A stretch of DNA of 64,000 nucleotides from an uncultured Bacilli bacterium (GCA_944329385.1 CALVIE010000002.1:775-64774); one strand, 5' to 3'. Positions 24,684 through 34,861 are shown, counted from the stretch's first letter. Numbers and translations: made by a program. The notes: generated by a model from the sequence alone, not told the origin.

Positions 24684-25613
24684 ATGAATACAAAAGAAGT
24701 TTATACTGAGCTTTCAAGATTACTTTGTAATCAAGATAAGGCTTTAAAAGATTTGATTTTAACTATAGTTAATAATAACAAATTAGTTAAACCTAAGAAT
24801 GCTTTATTGGTGGGGCCACTTGGGAGTGGTAAGACAACGATGGTTCAAATGGTGGCTAGAATGATGAATATTCCTATGGCAGAGGTTTCAGGCTTTTGCA
24901 CTTCTAATGGTTTAAATAATAAAGTTTTGTATAATGCTTTTTCAAAACTTTATGTTTTAAATGAAAATAAAGAATGTTTTGGAATAGTTTTAATTCATGA
25001 TATGAGAGAATGCTTTTTATATGGTGGTTTTTCAGACTTAGAATCTTTAATTGTTTCTTCGTCATTTACTTATGAAAATCATTTTGTAGATTTGACTAAA
25101 ACAATGTTTATTGGTGAAGTTGATAATAATGGTTTTGAGGATTGCTTTGTACCAAGGCCTGAGTATACGTTTGAACAGTTAGAGGAAGCAATAATGTCTT
25201 TGGATTATTCTGGTGATGAGATAAAAAAAATAATTGAAGATTTGGTTTTATTTGGTAGTGAGATAGATGATGTGGAAAATATATATACATCAAAGTATAG
25301 AGAGGCTTTAAAAAATACTTTTTTATCAGTAGAGTGTAATAGAGTTTTTAATAAAAAAATTTTTATGGATAATATGAAACTTGAAGATATTAAAAAAGCT
25401 TTAAGTTCGCCAATTTCTGAACTTAAAGTTTACTGCGATGATTTATGTGAAGAATATATGACATCGCCTAGATTTATGAATTTGTTAGCTAGTCATATAA
25501 AAGAAAGTAGAATAGGTCTTCATGATTTAGATGCGGCAGTAGCAGATGTAACAGATTATGATAATAAAAGAAAGGTAAAGGTTTATAAGGATAATTCTTT
25601 AATGAAGTTATAG
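24684..25613 (+). CDS. ClpX-like AAA+ fold protein with degenerate Walker B, paralog B
   Basis: Walker A VGPLGSGKTT. The Walker B position reads GIVLIHDMRE. It has the same length and layout as the upstream gene. The start is ATG 24684 (or GTG 24672). Confidence 0.6.
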   Translation: MNTKEVYTELSRLLCNQDKALKDLILTIVNNNKLVKPKNALLVGPLGSGKTTMVQMVARMMNIPMAEVSGFCTSNGLNNKVLYNAFSKLYVLNENKECFGIVLIHDMRECFLYGGFSDLESLIVSSSFTYENHFVDLTKTMFIGEVDNNGFEDCFVPRPEYTFEQLEEAIMSLDYSGDEIKKIIEDLVLFGSEIDDVENIYTSKYREALKNTFLSVECNRVFNKKIFMDNMKLEDIKKALSSPISELKVYCDDLCEEYMTSPRFMNLLASHIKESRIGLHDLDAAVADVTDYDNKRKVKVYKDNSLMKL

Positions 25614-25615
25614 AT

Positions 25616-26413
25616 ATGGAAAAGGTTCGAAAAATAGAAAGAAGTATTATTAAAAAATTTAGACCTTCTATTTGGCACAAGTTTGTAAAAGCTGTTTATG
25701 ATTATGAGCTAATTAAAGAAAATGATAGGATTGCGGTATGTATAAGTGGGGGAAAAGATTCCTTTTTACTAGCTAAGTGCTTGGAAGAACTTCAGAAACA
25801 TGGAAAGGTTAATTTTTCGCTTCGATATATTATTATGAATCCTGGTTATACCGATGATGTTTTAAAAAAAATAAAAGACAATTTAAATACTTTATCTATT
25901 TCTGCAGAAATTTTTGATAGCTCTATTTTTAATGTTATTTTTGATAAAAAAAATCCGTGTTATTTATGTGCGAAAATGAGAAGAGGTTATTTATATAATT
26001 ACGCAAGGAAAATAGGCTGTAATAAAATAGCTTTGGGGCATCATTTCGATGATGTTTTAGAAACTATTTTAATGAATTTAATTTATAATGGAATGTATGC
26101 AGGAATGCTTCCTAAGTTAAAAAGTGATAATTTTGAAGGAATGGAATTAATTAGACCTTTATTTTTAGTTAGAGAAAATGATATTAAAGCATGGTGTGAA
26201 TATAATGATTTATCATTTATAGATTGTGCATGTAATGTGACAAAGAAAAATAGTGGTAAGCGTATTTTAATGAAGAAATTAATTTGGGATTTAAAGAAAT
26301 ATTATATTGATGCGGATAGAAATCTTTTTAATTCTTTAAGTAATGTAAAATTGGATAAGGTTATTAAGTATTATGAAAGTGGAAAAGAAAATAATTTTTT
26401 AGATAAGTATTAA
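25616..26413 (+). CDS. ttcA: PP-loop ATPase, tRNA 2-thiocytidine synthase TtcA-like
   Basis: PP-loop CISGGKDS, CYLCAKMRRG and ALGHHFDD. Confidence 0.8.
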   Translation: MEKVRKIERSIIKKFRPSIWHKFVKAVYDYELIKENDRIAVCISGGKDSFLLAKCLEELQKHGKVNFSLRYIIMNPGYTDDVLKKIKDNLNTLSISAEIFDSSIFNVIFDKKNPCYLCAKMRRGYLYNYARKIGCNKIALGHHFDDVLETILMNLIYNGMYAGMLPKLKSDNFEGMELIRPLFLVRENDIKAWCEYNDLSFIDCACNVTKKNSGKRILMKKLIWDLKKYYIDADRNLFNSLSNVKLDKVIKYYESGKENNFLDKY

Positions 26414-26535
26414 TTATGATTTATTAGTTATAGGCTTTTAAATAATAAGAAAGTTTTATTTTTAAAAAGTGAAAAAAGAATGTGAAGTTTTGTAAATGGC
26501 TAGTCAAAATAATATATCTATGGTATAATTTAATT

Positions 26536-26740
26536 GTCTAAAAGAAGAATACCGCTATGAAAAACCTACTAAGTATAACGATTGGGAATCTAATTCGCTG
26601 GTGGTGTAGAATACTTTAATTTATTAAAGGATCCTAAAACTAGTGATGTGATGCCCACCTGGGAGATCAGGTTTTTAATTCGTTAAGGTTTCTCTTTTGG
26701 ACTTTATTTGAAAAACTCTTGAATTTCAAGGGTTTTTCTT
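26536..26740 (+). ncRNA. Candidate ~200-nt independent transcript (sRNA, leader or small-peptide mRNA)
   Basis: An extended -10 TGgTATAAT (26521-26529) is followed about 190 nt later by a hairpin ctcttg/caaggg plus a T-run (26711-26740). The segment contains locally GC-richer stretches and a 20-codon ORF, MKNLLSITIGNLIRWWCRIL. No known riboswitch motif was recognised. Confidence 0.3.
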
Positions 26741-26954
26741 TGTTAATATGAATTATAAATACCAATAGTTAGGGTGGATAATACACAAAGATTTTTGTTA
26801 TATTTTAAATCTTTTGTGTGTTTTTTACTTTAACTATAAATGTAGTTGATATTATCTTTTTTTTTATATTTTTGAGCTTTTTTTGTCATTTTTTCTTGTA
26901 TTTTAAATATTATATGTTATAATAATTTGCACGACAGAAAGTGAGGGAGTGTAT

Positions 26955-29900
26955 TTGAAAATAAGAAACTGTCTAGGGGTGGTTTGTTTATTATTAGCAC
27001 TTTGTGTCAGTATATTTTTAAATGGCAGCGTGAGTTATCATAACAGTAATTTAAAAATGACAGATTCATCTTTGAGTATGGCAAAATTTGATGAGGAAAA
27101 GAGCGTACAAGATGTAGAAATTGCTCATTTTACTCGCTCAGTTATACAACATGATTTAACAGATTATTTAGCTTTTGAAAAAAGTTATTTCACTATTAAT
27201 GGTCAACAGATTAGTTCTGATATAACTGTTAATTATGGTGATGCGATTGATGTTCATTTGGAATGGGCACTTCCTAATACGGTAAGGTGGACAACGGATG
27301 ATGTTTTCACATATCAATTACCTGAGGGTTTTGAGTTTACAAATGTACAAAATGGACCAGTTCGAAATGAAAGTGGTCAAACTGTTGGTGTTTATACCAT
27401 TAATAATAACAAAGTAACAATTCAGTATACTGATGAGGAATTTGTTAAATTAAGTAATATTGTAGGGGCATTAAATGTGTCAGGTAAAATTACGGAAAGT
27501 TCTTATAATAGTGGAGATGGAGGCGTTATTGACTTAGATATACCTGGTGTTGGAACAGTTGTTGTTAACGTTAATCCGGTTAGTGCACTTAGAATTAATA
27601 AATCAGTTACAAAAATCGATACGGATACTTATGAATTTAAAGTTGAAGTAAAATCTATAACTGACAATACAAATGTAGTAATTACTGATACAATGGGCAA
27701 ATATTTAGAGCTTGTTGAAAATACTTTATCAATTAAGAATAATGGCAGCGTAATGACGGAAGGGGTTACTTTAGATGTTGAAAGTGCACCTGATTTCGTT
27801 TATGAAATTGATAAATTAAACAAAGGCGATGAGATAGTTATTACTTATCAGGCTAATGTTTTAGATGGAGGATTTATTAGTAGTTCTACTGATAATGATT
27901 TGAAAAATACAGCTAGTGTTAAAAGTGATGAACTGCCTAAAGAAATTTCAGCTAGTGCATTAGTTACTACTAAAAAGGCTAGTTTAAGTAAAAGTGGTAA
28001 TTATAATATTAGTGATAATACAGTTACATGGACAATTATTATAAAACCTGGAGAAAAAGGTGTAACTTTAGAAGATAAGATTTTAGATAATCAAGAGATT
28101 ACTGGTGATATTAAAGTTGAAGAAAGTGATAATAATGGTTCAACTTATTATGATTCTAAGTTAGTAATAACGGAAGATGATTTAGAAAAAGGTTATACTT
28201 TTAGTGCTGATTTATCTGGCAATAAAACTTATAGAATTACTTTTAAAACTAAAGCAACAACTGAGGTTACCGAGTTAAAGAATAAAGCTATTATTTATGT
28301 TGGAAATAGTGATTATGTAGATAAAGAGGCTACTGCTGGTATTATTCCGGGCGTAAGTATTGATAAAACTGTTTCTAGTGCTAATGATAGGGATGGCATT
28401 ATTAATTGGAATACTAAAGTAACTATTCCTAATGTTGATAATATTTCTAAAAATGTTGTTTTTAAAGATGTGTTAGGCACGGGACTTACTTTAGTTGAAG
28501 ATTCGGTTAAAGTAGATGGTCAAACAGTTAATGAAAAAACAGATTATAAACTTGAAATAACGGTTAATGGATTTAATATTGATTTTGGAAATATTAATCC
28601 TGGTCAATTTTTAAATATTTCTTATCAGACAAAATTTGATAATAGTAATTCTCAAAAATTTACAAATACAGCGACAGTAAGTGTCGGTGGAGAGGAAAAG
28701 TCTGATACAGCTGAGTACAATTACAATAAGAAGAGTAATTATATTCAGAAATATTTGAATAATGCGAGTGATAATTTTAATAAAACAGGTATAGCAAGAT
28801 GGGAAATTAAGATTGATCAGTTACCTAATAATGTTACTAACACTTATGTTACTGATATAATGCCTGAAGGTATGGAATATGTAGAAGGTTCAGCAGAGCT
28901 TGTATTGAATTATAGCCCTTATGATACTTATAAACTTAAGCCTATTATTCAAGATGGTAAATTAGTATTTAATTTAAACGACTATATTGATAAGCTTAGT
29001 TTAGATAGTAAGGGAGCATCAATTTTCTATGATAGTAAATTAACTTATATTTTTGCTGAGCAAAAGACTTATACTAATAAGGCAAATATTACAATTAATG
29101 ATGAAACTTACTCAAATGTAGAGGCTTCTATTACTGGAGCAGTTACTAATTTATTAAGTAAAACAGCTGTTTATAATACTTCAACAGCACCTTTAGTCAA
29201 TTATACAATTAAAGTTAACGAAGGTGCAGCTGATATTTCACCAACTTCTAATAAACTTAGATTAGAAGATAAAATGGGAAGTGCTATTGATTTTGTCAGA
29301 GGTTCATTAAAGATTAATGGAAAAATAGCGGATAGTGATAGTTATACTTGGGATAGTGAAAATAAAGTATTAACTATTGATGTTCCAGATGAGACTTCTT
29401 TAACAATAACATATCAAGCACTTGTATCTTTAATTCCTGGCGAAGAACTTAATGAAGAAAATGCTTTTAATAGAGTTAATATATATGGATATGATAAAAA
29501 TCAGACTGAATCTGAGTGGATTATTAAAGGAGAAGTTTTAGAAAGTAATGCGTCATCTTCTAGTAATTCAGCATCTTTAAGAGTTTATAAGCACAAAGAA
29601 GGAGATGCGAATACGCCGCTTGCTAATGTAAAATTTGATTTATATGAAGTGGGATTTACAGTAGAAAATGGAGTAGTTAATTTTACTGGTGAAGAAGAAT
29701 TAATTAATAGTATAAGGACAGCTTCAGATGGATTTGCTAATTTCACAGGTATTAATTATGACCATATATATAAATTAGTAGAATCTGAAACGGTAAATGG
29801 TTATATATTAAATACTGTTCCATATTACTTTGTATTTCCTGGTAATGATAATATAACTTATCCAGATTATATTGACGGTGGTTATAAAATAACTAAATAT

Positions 29901-31049
29901 GATCAACTACAAATAGGTACTGTAGAGATTGGCAATGAATATTCGCTTTTAGATATTAATATTAGTAAAGTTTGGGATGATAATGATTATTCAAAAAGAC
30001 CTTCAGAAATTACTGTATATTTAAAACGTAATGGAGAGTATGTTATAGAAAATGGCCAAAAGAAATCAGTTATTTTGAGTAGCACTAATAATTGGCAGGC
30101 TTCTTTTGAAGGCTTAGCTAAATATGATGATAATCATAATCGTTATGATTATACTATAGAAGAAGCATTACCAGAGCATTATCAAGATGAATATGAAAAT
30201 ACTTTTACTACTGATGAGGAGAACTGGACGATTACCAATACTTTAGAAGATAGTAGTTTGACTATTAGTAAAGTGGTTAGTGGTAATGCTGGTGATCAAG
30301 AGAAAGAGTTTACATTTAAGGTTATTTTAACTGATAGAGATGGTAATGTTTTAGAAGATGAATTTTTCTATACTGGTTCTAAAGAAGGCGTTATTAAATC
30401 AGGCGGAACTGTTAAGCTAAAACATGGTGAGTCTATTACAATTAATGGTTTACCAGTAGAGGTTAATTATGAAGTTACCGAACTTGAAGCTAATAGTGAT
30501 AGATATGAAACAACTTCAATCAATGATAAAGGAATTATCGATTTTGATGGAAACAAGGTAGTATTTACTAATACAAAAAATGAAGGAAGTTTAACTATTG
30601 ATAAAACTGTTGGTGGTAATAGTGGAGAGACTGATAGGTACTTTAATTTTAAAGTTATATTATTGGATAAAGATGGTAATGTTTTAGAAGGTGTATATAG
30701 TTATACTGGAAGCAAAACTGGAACAATTAAATCTGGTGATATAATTAAATTAAAACATGGTGAGTTTATTACTATTACTGGGCTTCCTATAGGCGCAAGT
30801 TATAAAGTTACCGAACTTGAGGCTAATAGTGATGGTTATACTACTGAAACAACTAATGATAATGGAATAATTGATTTAGATGGAAATATTTCTTCATTTA
30901 TGAATTATAAAGATGTATTTAAGAAACCTTATGAGAAATCTAATATTCCACAAACTGGTGGCAGAAATAATTCGTCTATTTATGGACTTGGAACTATAGT
31001 TTCTTTTGCCCTTGGTATTTATTTGATTAAAAAGAAAGCAAATGTTTAA
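26955..31049 (+). CDS. Sortase-anchored multi-domain surface adhesin (Cna-B/SpaA-type Ig-fold repeats)
   Basis: A signal peptide follows the TTG at 26955 (RBS gagggag). There are many beta-rich repeats, including two tandem ~110-aa modules (SLTISKVVSGNAGDQEKEFTFKV... and SLTIDKTVGGNSGETDRYFNFKV...). The C-terminal sorting signal is IPQTG plus a hydrophobic helix and KKKANV. Confidence 0.85.
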   Translation: MKIRNCLGVVCLLLALCVSIFLNGSVSYHNSNLKMTDSSLSMAKFDEEKSVQDVEIAHFTRSVIQHDLTDYLAFEKSYFTINGQQISSDITVNYGDAIDVHLEWALPNTVRWTTDDVFTYQLPEGFEFTNVQNGPVRNESGQTVGVYTINNNKVTIQYTDEEFVKLSNIVGALNVSGKITESSYNSGDGGVIDLDIPGVGTVVVNVNPVSALRINKSVTKIDTDTYEFKVEVKSITDNTNVVITDTMGKYLELVENTLSIKNNGSVMTEGVTLDVESAPDFVYEIDKLNKGDEIVITYQANVLDGGFISSSTDNDLKNTASVKSDELPKEISASALVTTKKASLSKSGNYNISDNTVTWTIIIKPGEKGVTLEDKILDNQEITGDIKVEESDNNGSTYYDSKLVITEDDLEKGYTFSADLSGNKTYRITFKTKATTEVTELKNKAIIYVGNSDYVDKEATAGIIPGVSIDKTVSSANDRDGIINWNTKVTIPNVDNISKNVVFKDVLGTGLTLVEDSVKVDGQTVNEKTDYKLEITVNGFNIDFGNINPGQFLNISYQTKFDNSNSQKFTNTATVSVGGEEKSDTAEYNYNKKSNYIQKYLNNASDNFNKTGIARWEIKIDQLPNNVTNTYVTDIMPEGMEYVEGSAELVLNYSPYDTYKLKPIIQDGKLVFNLNDYIDKLSLDSKGASIFYDSKLTYIFAEQKTYTNKANITINDETYSNVEASITGAVTNLLSKTAVYNTSTAPLVNYTIKVNEGAADISPTSNKLRLEDKMGSAIDFVRGSLKINGKIADSDSYTWDSENKVLTIDVPDETSLTITYQALVSLIPGEELNEENAFNRVNIYGYDKNQTESEWIIKGEVLESNASSSSNSASLRVYKHKEGDANTPLANVKFDLYEVGFTVENGVVNFTGEEELINSIRTASDGFANFTGINYDHIYKLVESETVNGYILNTVPYYFVFPGNDNITYPDYIDGGYKITKYDQLQIGTVEIGNEYSLLDINISKVWDDNDYSKRPSEITVYLKRNGEYVIENGQKKSVILSSTNNWQASFEGLAKYDDNHNRYDYTIEEALPEHYQDEYENTFTTDEENWTITNTLEDSSLTISKVVSGNAGDQEKEFTFKVILTDRDGNVLEDEFFYTGSKEGVIKSGGTVKLKHGESITINGLPVEVNYEVTELEANSDRYETTSINDKGIIDFDGNKVVFTNTKNEGSLTIDKTVGGNSGETDRYFNFKVILLDKDGNVLEGVYSYTGSKTGTIKSGDIIKLKHGEFITITGLPIGASYKVTELEANSDGYTTETTNDNGIIDLDGNISSFMNYKDVFKKPYEKSNIPQTGGRNNSSIYGLGTIVSFALGIYLIKKKANV

Positions 31050-31707
31050 AAAATTATTTATAATTTTATGTTTTGTAATTTGTCTTTGCTGTTTTAGTTT
31101 ATTGGTATTAGACATTTTAGATAAAAAAGAAGGGGAGGCGTTTTATAAAAATGTGCTTCCCTCAAATAATATAATTAACATTGATGAGATGAACAGTGAA
31201 TATGAAGAAACTATAGGTTATATTGAAATTTTAGATACTAATATTGCTTTTCCAATAGTGCAAGGGGAAAATAATTCTTATTATTTAAAACATTTACCTA
31301 ATGGTAATAAAAATAAGATGGGTTCTATTTTTCTTGATTATAGAAACGATATGTATAATGATAAAAATACAATTATATATGGTCATAATTTTAATGATGG
31401 AACGATGTTTAGTGATCTTTTGAAATTTAAAAACAAAGATTTTTATAATACTCATTTGAATTATGTAATTTATACAAAACAAGGCATTATGAATGTTTCT
31501 ATTATTGGGGGCTATTTAGCCGATGCAACTAAAAGTGAATTATTAATTGATTTTAATTTTTTGGATGAATTAACTTTTAATTTTGAGAAAATATTTGAAA
31601 ATGATATAGAGATAAATGAAGATGATAAATTCATCACTTTGTGTACGTGTGATGAAAAGTCAAATTTAAGATTTATTTTGATTGGTAAAGTAGATAAAAG
31701 GAATTAG
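31042..31707 (+). CDS. srtB: Class B sortase
   Basis: An N-terminal TM helix, ...IAFPIVQGENNSYYLKHL...GSIFLDYRN...IIYGHNF...TLCTC. It overlaps the adhesin stop by 8 nt. Confidence 0.85.
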   Translation: MFKKLFIILCFVICLCCFSLLVLDILDKKEGEAFYKNVLPSNNIINIDEMNSEYEETIGYIEILDTNIAFPIVQGENNSYYLKHLPNGNKNKMGSIFLDYRNDMYNDKNTIIYGHNFNDGTMFSDLLKFKNKDFYNTHLNYVIYTKQGIMNVSIIGGYLADATKSELLIDFNFLDELTFNFEKIFENDIEINEDDKFITLCTCDEKSNLRFILIGKVDKRN

Positions 31708-31725
31708 TTTTTGGCTAATTCCTTT
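31697..31725. terminator. Bidirectional terminator between srtB and rnhC
   Basis: 11-bp stem aaaggaattag/ctaattccttt with T-runs on both sides. Confidence 0.7.
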
Positions 31726-32654
31726 ATTTTTTCGGTATTTTTAAAATTTTTTTTAGCAATTTCATCTAGGATGTTTTCACCATATTCATTTATTAGTTTT
31801 GCACCTATTTCATCAACGATATGTCCTGCACCTTTAGGGATTGTTTGATTATATTTTTTAGATAGTTTATCTATTTCTTTAATAAATATATATCTACTGA
31901 TGATGGCAGATACGGCAACAGATAGGCACTTATCTTCAGCTTTGGTGATAAAAGTTATGTTTTTTTGGACGTTTGGCGAGTTTTTCAAATAATTATAGTA
32001 GACATATTTTTCGGCAAATTGATCAACTACTATAAAGTCATAGTTTGGATATTTTTTAGTCATTTCAAGTAATGCTTTGTTGTGAAGAATGGCTTTCATG
32101 GCATTCATATTATATTTTTGATGTTTTTGATTATATTCAGTGTTAGATAAGGTCATAGTATAATATGGGATTTTTTTAATTATTTCTGGAGTAATTTTTA
32201 ATATTTGTTCGTCTGTTAGTTTTTTAGAATCTTTTATTTTCAAGTTTTCTAGGAAAGGAATATTTTCTTTGGTTACATAAGAGGCGGTAACAACAATTGG
32301 GCCAAAGTAATCACCAGTTCCTACTTCGTCAGAACCAATGGTATTGGCAAAGTAGATTTTATTATTCTTTTTAGTTTCTTTTTTTTCACCGGCTATTTTC
32401 ATATCAATTTTTTTTGTGGGATTTAGATTTTTTTCCATTTGTGACCAAAGGTTTGCATCAATATCGGCACTTATGCCTTGAAACACAGCTTTTCCTGATT
32501 CATAGAGTGTGACTACAGTATCAGCTTCATCGGCTTGGAAAACAGCATAAGGTGGTGTTTTTATCCTTTTTTTATCATTGAAATACTCGTTCATTTTGTC
32601 CATGGTATTTTTACTTACTTTTAAAGTTATTGTTTTTGTTTTTTCTTTTTTCAT
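31704..32654 (-). CDS. rnhC: Ribonuclease HIII
   Basis: GSDEVGTGDYFGPIVV catalytic motif with an N-terminal RNase HIII-specific domain. ATG at 32654 follows RBS aggtg. Confidence 0.9.
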   Translation of the reverse strand: MKKEKTKTITLKVSKNTMDKMNEYFNDKKRIKTPPYAVFQADEADTVVTLYESGKAVFQGISADIDANLWSQMEKNLNPTKKIDMKIAGEKKETKKNNKIYFANTIGSDEVGTGDYFGPIVVTASYVTKENIPFLENLKIKDSKKLTDEQILKITPEIIKKIPYYTMTLSNTEYNQKHQKYNMNAMKAILHNKALLEMTKKYPNYDFIVVDQFAEKYVYYNYLKNSPNVQKNITFITKAEDKCLSVAVSAIISRYIFIKEIDKLSKKYNQTIPKGAGHIVDEIGAKLINEYGENILDEIAKKNFKNTEKIKELAKN

Positions 32655-32757
32655 GATTTTCACCTGTAAACATTTTAACATATTTTTAATATTGCTTCAA
32701 TAAAGGCTTTACTTTGTTTGCTTTAATGTAATATAATTATTGTAAAGGGGAATGAGT

Positions 32758-33492
32758 ATGAATATTGTTGATATTTTAATTGTTATTTTTGTTTTGCTTG
32801 GAGCTTTTGTAGGAGCGAAACAAGGTTTTACGAAGGCTTTAGTTAGTTTTTTAGGCATTATTATTGTAGTAGTAATAGCTTATTTTTTGAAAAATCCTGT
32901 TAGTGAATTATTAATGAGTGTTGGACCATTTTTTAATTTTGGAGGTATTATAAAAGGTGTTACGGTTTTAAATATTGCTGTTTATGAAATTATAGCTTTT
33001 GTGTTAGTGTTTGCTATATTAATGGCTATTTTAAATGCCCTTTTATTTGCAACGGGTATTTTTGAAAAACTTTTGAAATTTACAATTGTACTTGGAGTGC
33101 CTTCTTCAATTTTTGGGGCGATTATAGGTGCTATAAAGAATTATGTTATTGCATTTTTTGTGCTTTATATTTTATCAATGCCGAACTTTGTTGATGTTAC
33201 ATTTGTTAAAGATTCAGAGTTTAGAGAACCTATTTTGAGAAATACACCGCTTCTTTCAAATATTGCAGGGTCGACTTTAGAGGTTTTAGATGAATTTAAG
33301 GGGATTGCAGATAAGTATACTGATAGTGAGGATACTAATGCTTATAATTTAGAAACGTTAGATGTATTTTTGAAATATAAAGTGGTGACTGTAGATACTA
33401 TAGAAAAATTAGTAGAAAATGGTAAAATAAATATTAATGGAATTGAAACTGTTTTAAATAAGTATAAGGAGGATAATTATGGAAATAATTAG
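32758..33492 (+). CDS. cvpA: CvpA-family membrane protein
   Basis: MNIVDILIVIFVLLGAFVGAKQGFTKALVSFLG is a typical CvpA N-terminus, and the protein has four TM helices. Confidence 0.75.
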   Translation: MNIVDILIVIFVLLGAFVGAKQGFTKALVSFLGIIIVVVIAYFLKNPVSELLMSVGPFFNFGGIIKGVTVLNIAVYEIIAFVLVFAILMAILNALLFATGIFEKLLKFTIVLGVPSSIFGAIIGAIKNYVIAFFVLYILSMPNFVDVTFVKDSEFREPILRNTPLLSNIAGSTLEVLDEFKGIADKYTDSEDTNAYNLETLDVFLKYKVVTVDTIEKLVENGKININGIETVLNKYKEDNYGNN

Positions 33493-33775
33493 TGGAAATA
33501 TAGATAATTTTGATAGTATTATAAGTAAGGGTGATGTTTTAGTAGATTTTTATGCAGTTTGGTGTGGCCCTTGTAAGATGCTTGCACCTGAACTTGAGGA
33601 GATTAAGGATAAGGTTCAAATTGTAAAAGTTAATATTGATGAAAATTTGGAACTTTGCAAAAGGTTTGGTGTTATGAGTGTACCAACGCTTGTTTATTTT
33701 AAGAAAGATGGAAGTTATATTATTAATATTGGTTATATGAGAAGTGAAGAGATTTTAAAATTTATAGGTAAGTAA
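33479..33775 (+). CDS. trxA: Thioredoxin
   Basis: WCGPCK active site in a 98-aa protein. Confidence 0.95.
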   Translation: MEIISGNIDNFDSIISKGDVLVDFYAVWCGPCKMLAPELEEIKDKVQIVKVNIDENLELCKRFGVMSVPTLVYFKKDGSYIINIGYMRSEEILKFIGK

Positions 33776-33806
33776 AAAGCTATTAGGAAATGTTCTAATA
33801 GCTTTT
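33775..33806. terminator. Bidirectional terminator between trxA and comEB
   Basis: 12-bp stem aaaagctattag/ctaatagctttt. Confidence 0.75.
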
Positions 33807-34302
33807 AGTTATTTTTGATTTTTAAGTTTATTTCTTTGTTTATATTTAATTTATGGTATTTTACATGGCATTTGTCAAAAAGTAGGCGTGATGCGATGTT
33901 GTTTTCAGAATTTGCATATTTATCATTTAAATAAATAACTTCTTTAATGCCTGATTGAATTATTAATTTAGCACATTCATTACATGGAAATAAGTCAATG
34001 TAAATTTTGGCGTTTTCTAAATCTTTTTTATGACCACGGTAGTTTAAAATAGCATTTAATTCGGCATGACAAACGTAAGGATATTTGGTATTTAAATTTT
34101 CGCCTTCACGGTTCCATGGAAATTCATCGTCATTAAAGCCATTAGGGGCACCATTATAACCGATTGATAATATTCTATTATCATCACTTACAATACATGC
34201 ACCTACTTTAGTAGATGGGTCTTTACTTCTTAAAGCACTGAGCTCTGTAATGGCAATAAAGTATTCATCCCATGTTAGATAATCTTTGCTTTTTGTGTTC
34301 AT
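33805..34302 (-). CDS. comEB: dCMP deaminase (ComEB-type)
   Basis: CHAELNAI ... PCNECAKLIIQSGIKEV zinc-binding motifs. Confidence 0.9.
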   Translation of the reverse strand: MNTKSKDYLTWDEYFIAITELSALRSKDPSTKVGACIVSDDNRILSIGYNGAPNGFNDDEFPWNREGENLNTKYPYVCHAELNAILNYRGHKKDLENAKIYIDLFPCNECAKLIIQSGIKEVIYLNDKYANSENNIASRLLFDKCHVKYHKLNINKEINLKIKNN

Positions 34303-34387
34303 AATTTCACCTCGTTTTATATTTTATCATAAATTTTGTATTTTGAATAATAGATTTTTTTTGATATAATATGTGTTGGGTGAGATT

Positions 34388-34861
34388 ATGAAAAAATTTT
34401 ACGGATTTGCTTTAGGGACTATTTTGCTTGATCAAATCATTAAAAATTTATTTTTGTTTTTTATGAATTTTGGGCAATCTAATGTAGTAATTCCAAATTT
34501 TTTCAGTATCACTTTGATAGGAAATACAGGAGCTGCTTTTAGTATTTTGAGTTCTAATACGTTTTTACTTATAATTATTTCGGTTGTCATATTAAATTTG
34601 ATTTTTTTTCTTTTTATAAAAGGAAAGAAACTTATGAAGTTTGAACAAATTTCTTATGGCCTTTTAGTTGGTGGAATTATAGGTAATTTAATTGATAGAG
34701 TAGTTCATGGACAGGTTATTGATTATTTGGATTTTAATTTATTTGGATTTAATTTTCCGGTATTTAATTTAGCGGATGTTGCGATTGTTATTTCGATGAT
34801 TTTAATAGCGTTTTTAATTATAAAAGGTGATAAAAATGGAATATCAAGTAAAGGAAAATGA
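34388..34861 (+). CDS. lspA: Lipoprotein signal peptidase II
   Basis: NTGAAFS, IGNLIDR and FNLADVAI motifs. Confidence 0.9.
   Translation: MKKFYGFALGTILLDQIIKNLFLFFMNFGQSNVVIPNFFSITLIGNTGAAFSILSSNTFLLIIISVVILNLIFFLFIKGKKLMKFEQISYGLLVGGIIGNLIDRVVHGQVIDYLDFNLFGFNFPVFNLADVAIVISMILIAFLIIKGDKNGISSKGK

Noticed and set aside
26536-26740. A ZTP, TPP or c-di-GMP riboswitch upstream of the adhesin.
   Set aside because: Only vague resemblance was seen (ccacctggga versus the ZTP CCGCCUGGGCA). The other conserved blocks are absent and the downstream gene context does not fit. The region is kept only as an unclassified candidate transcript.
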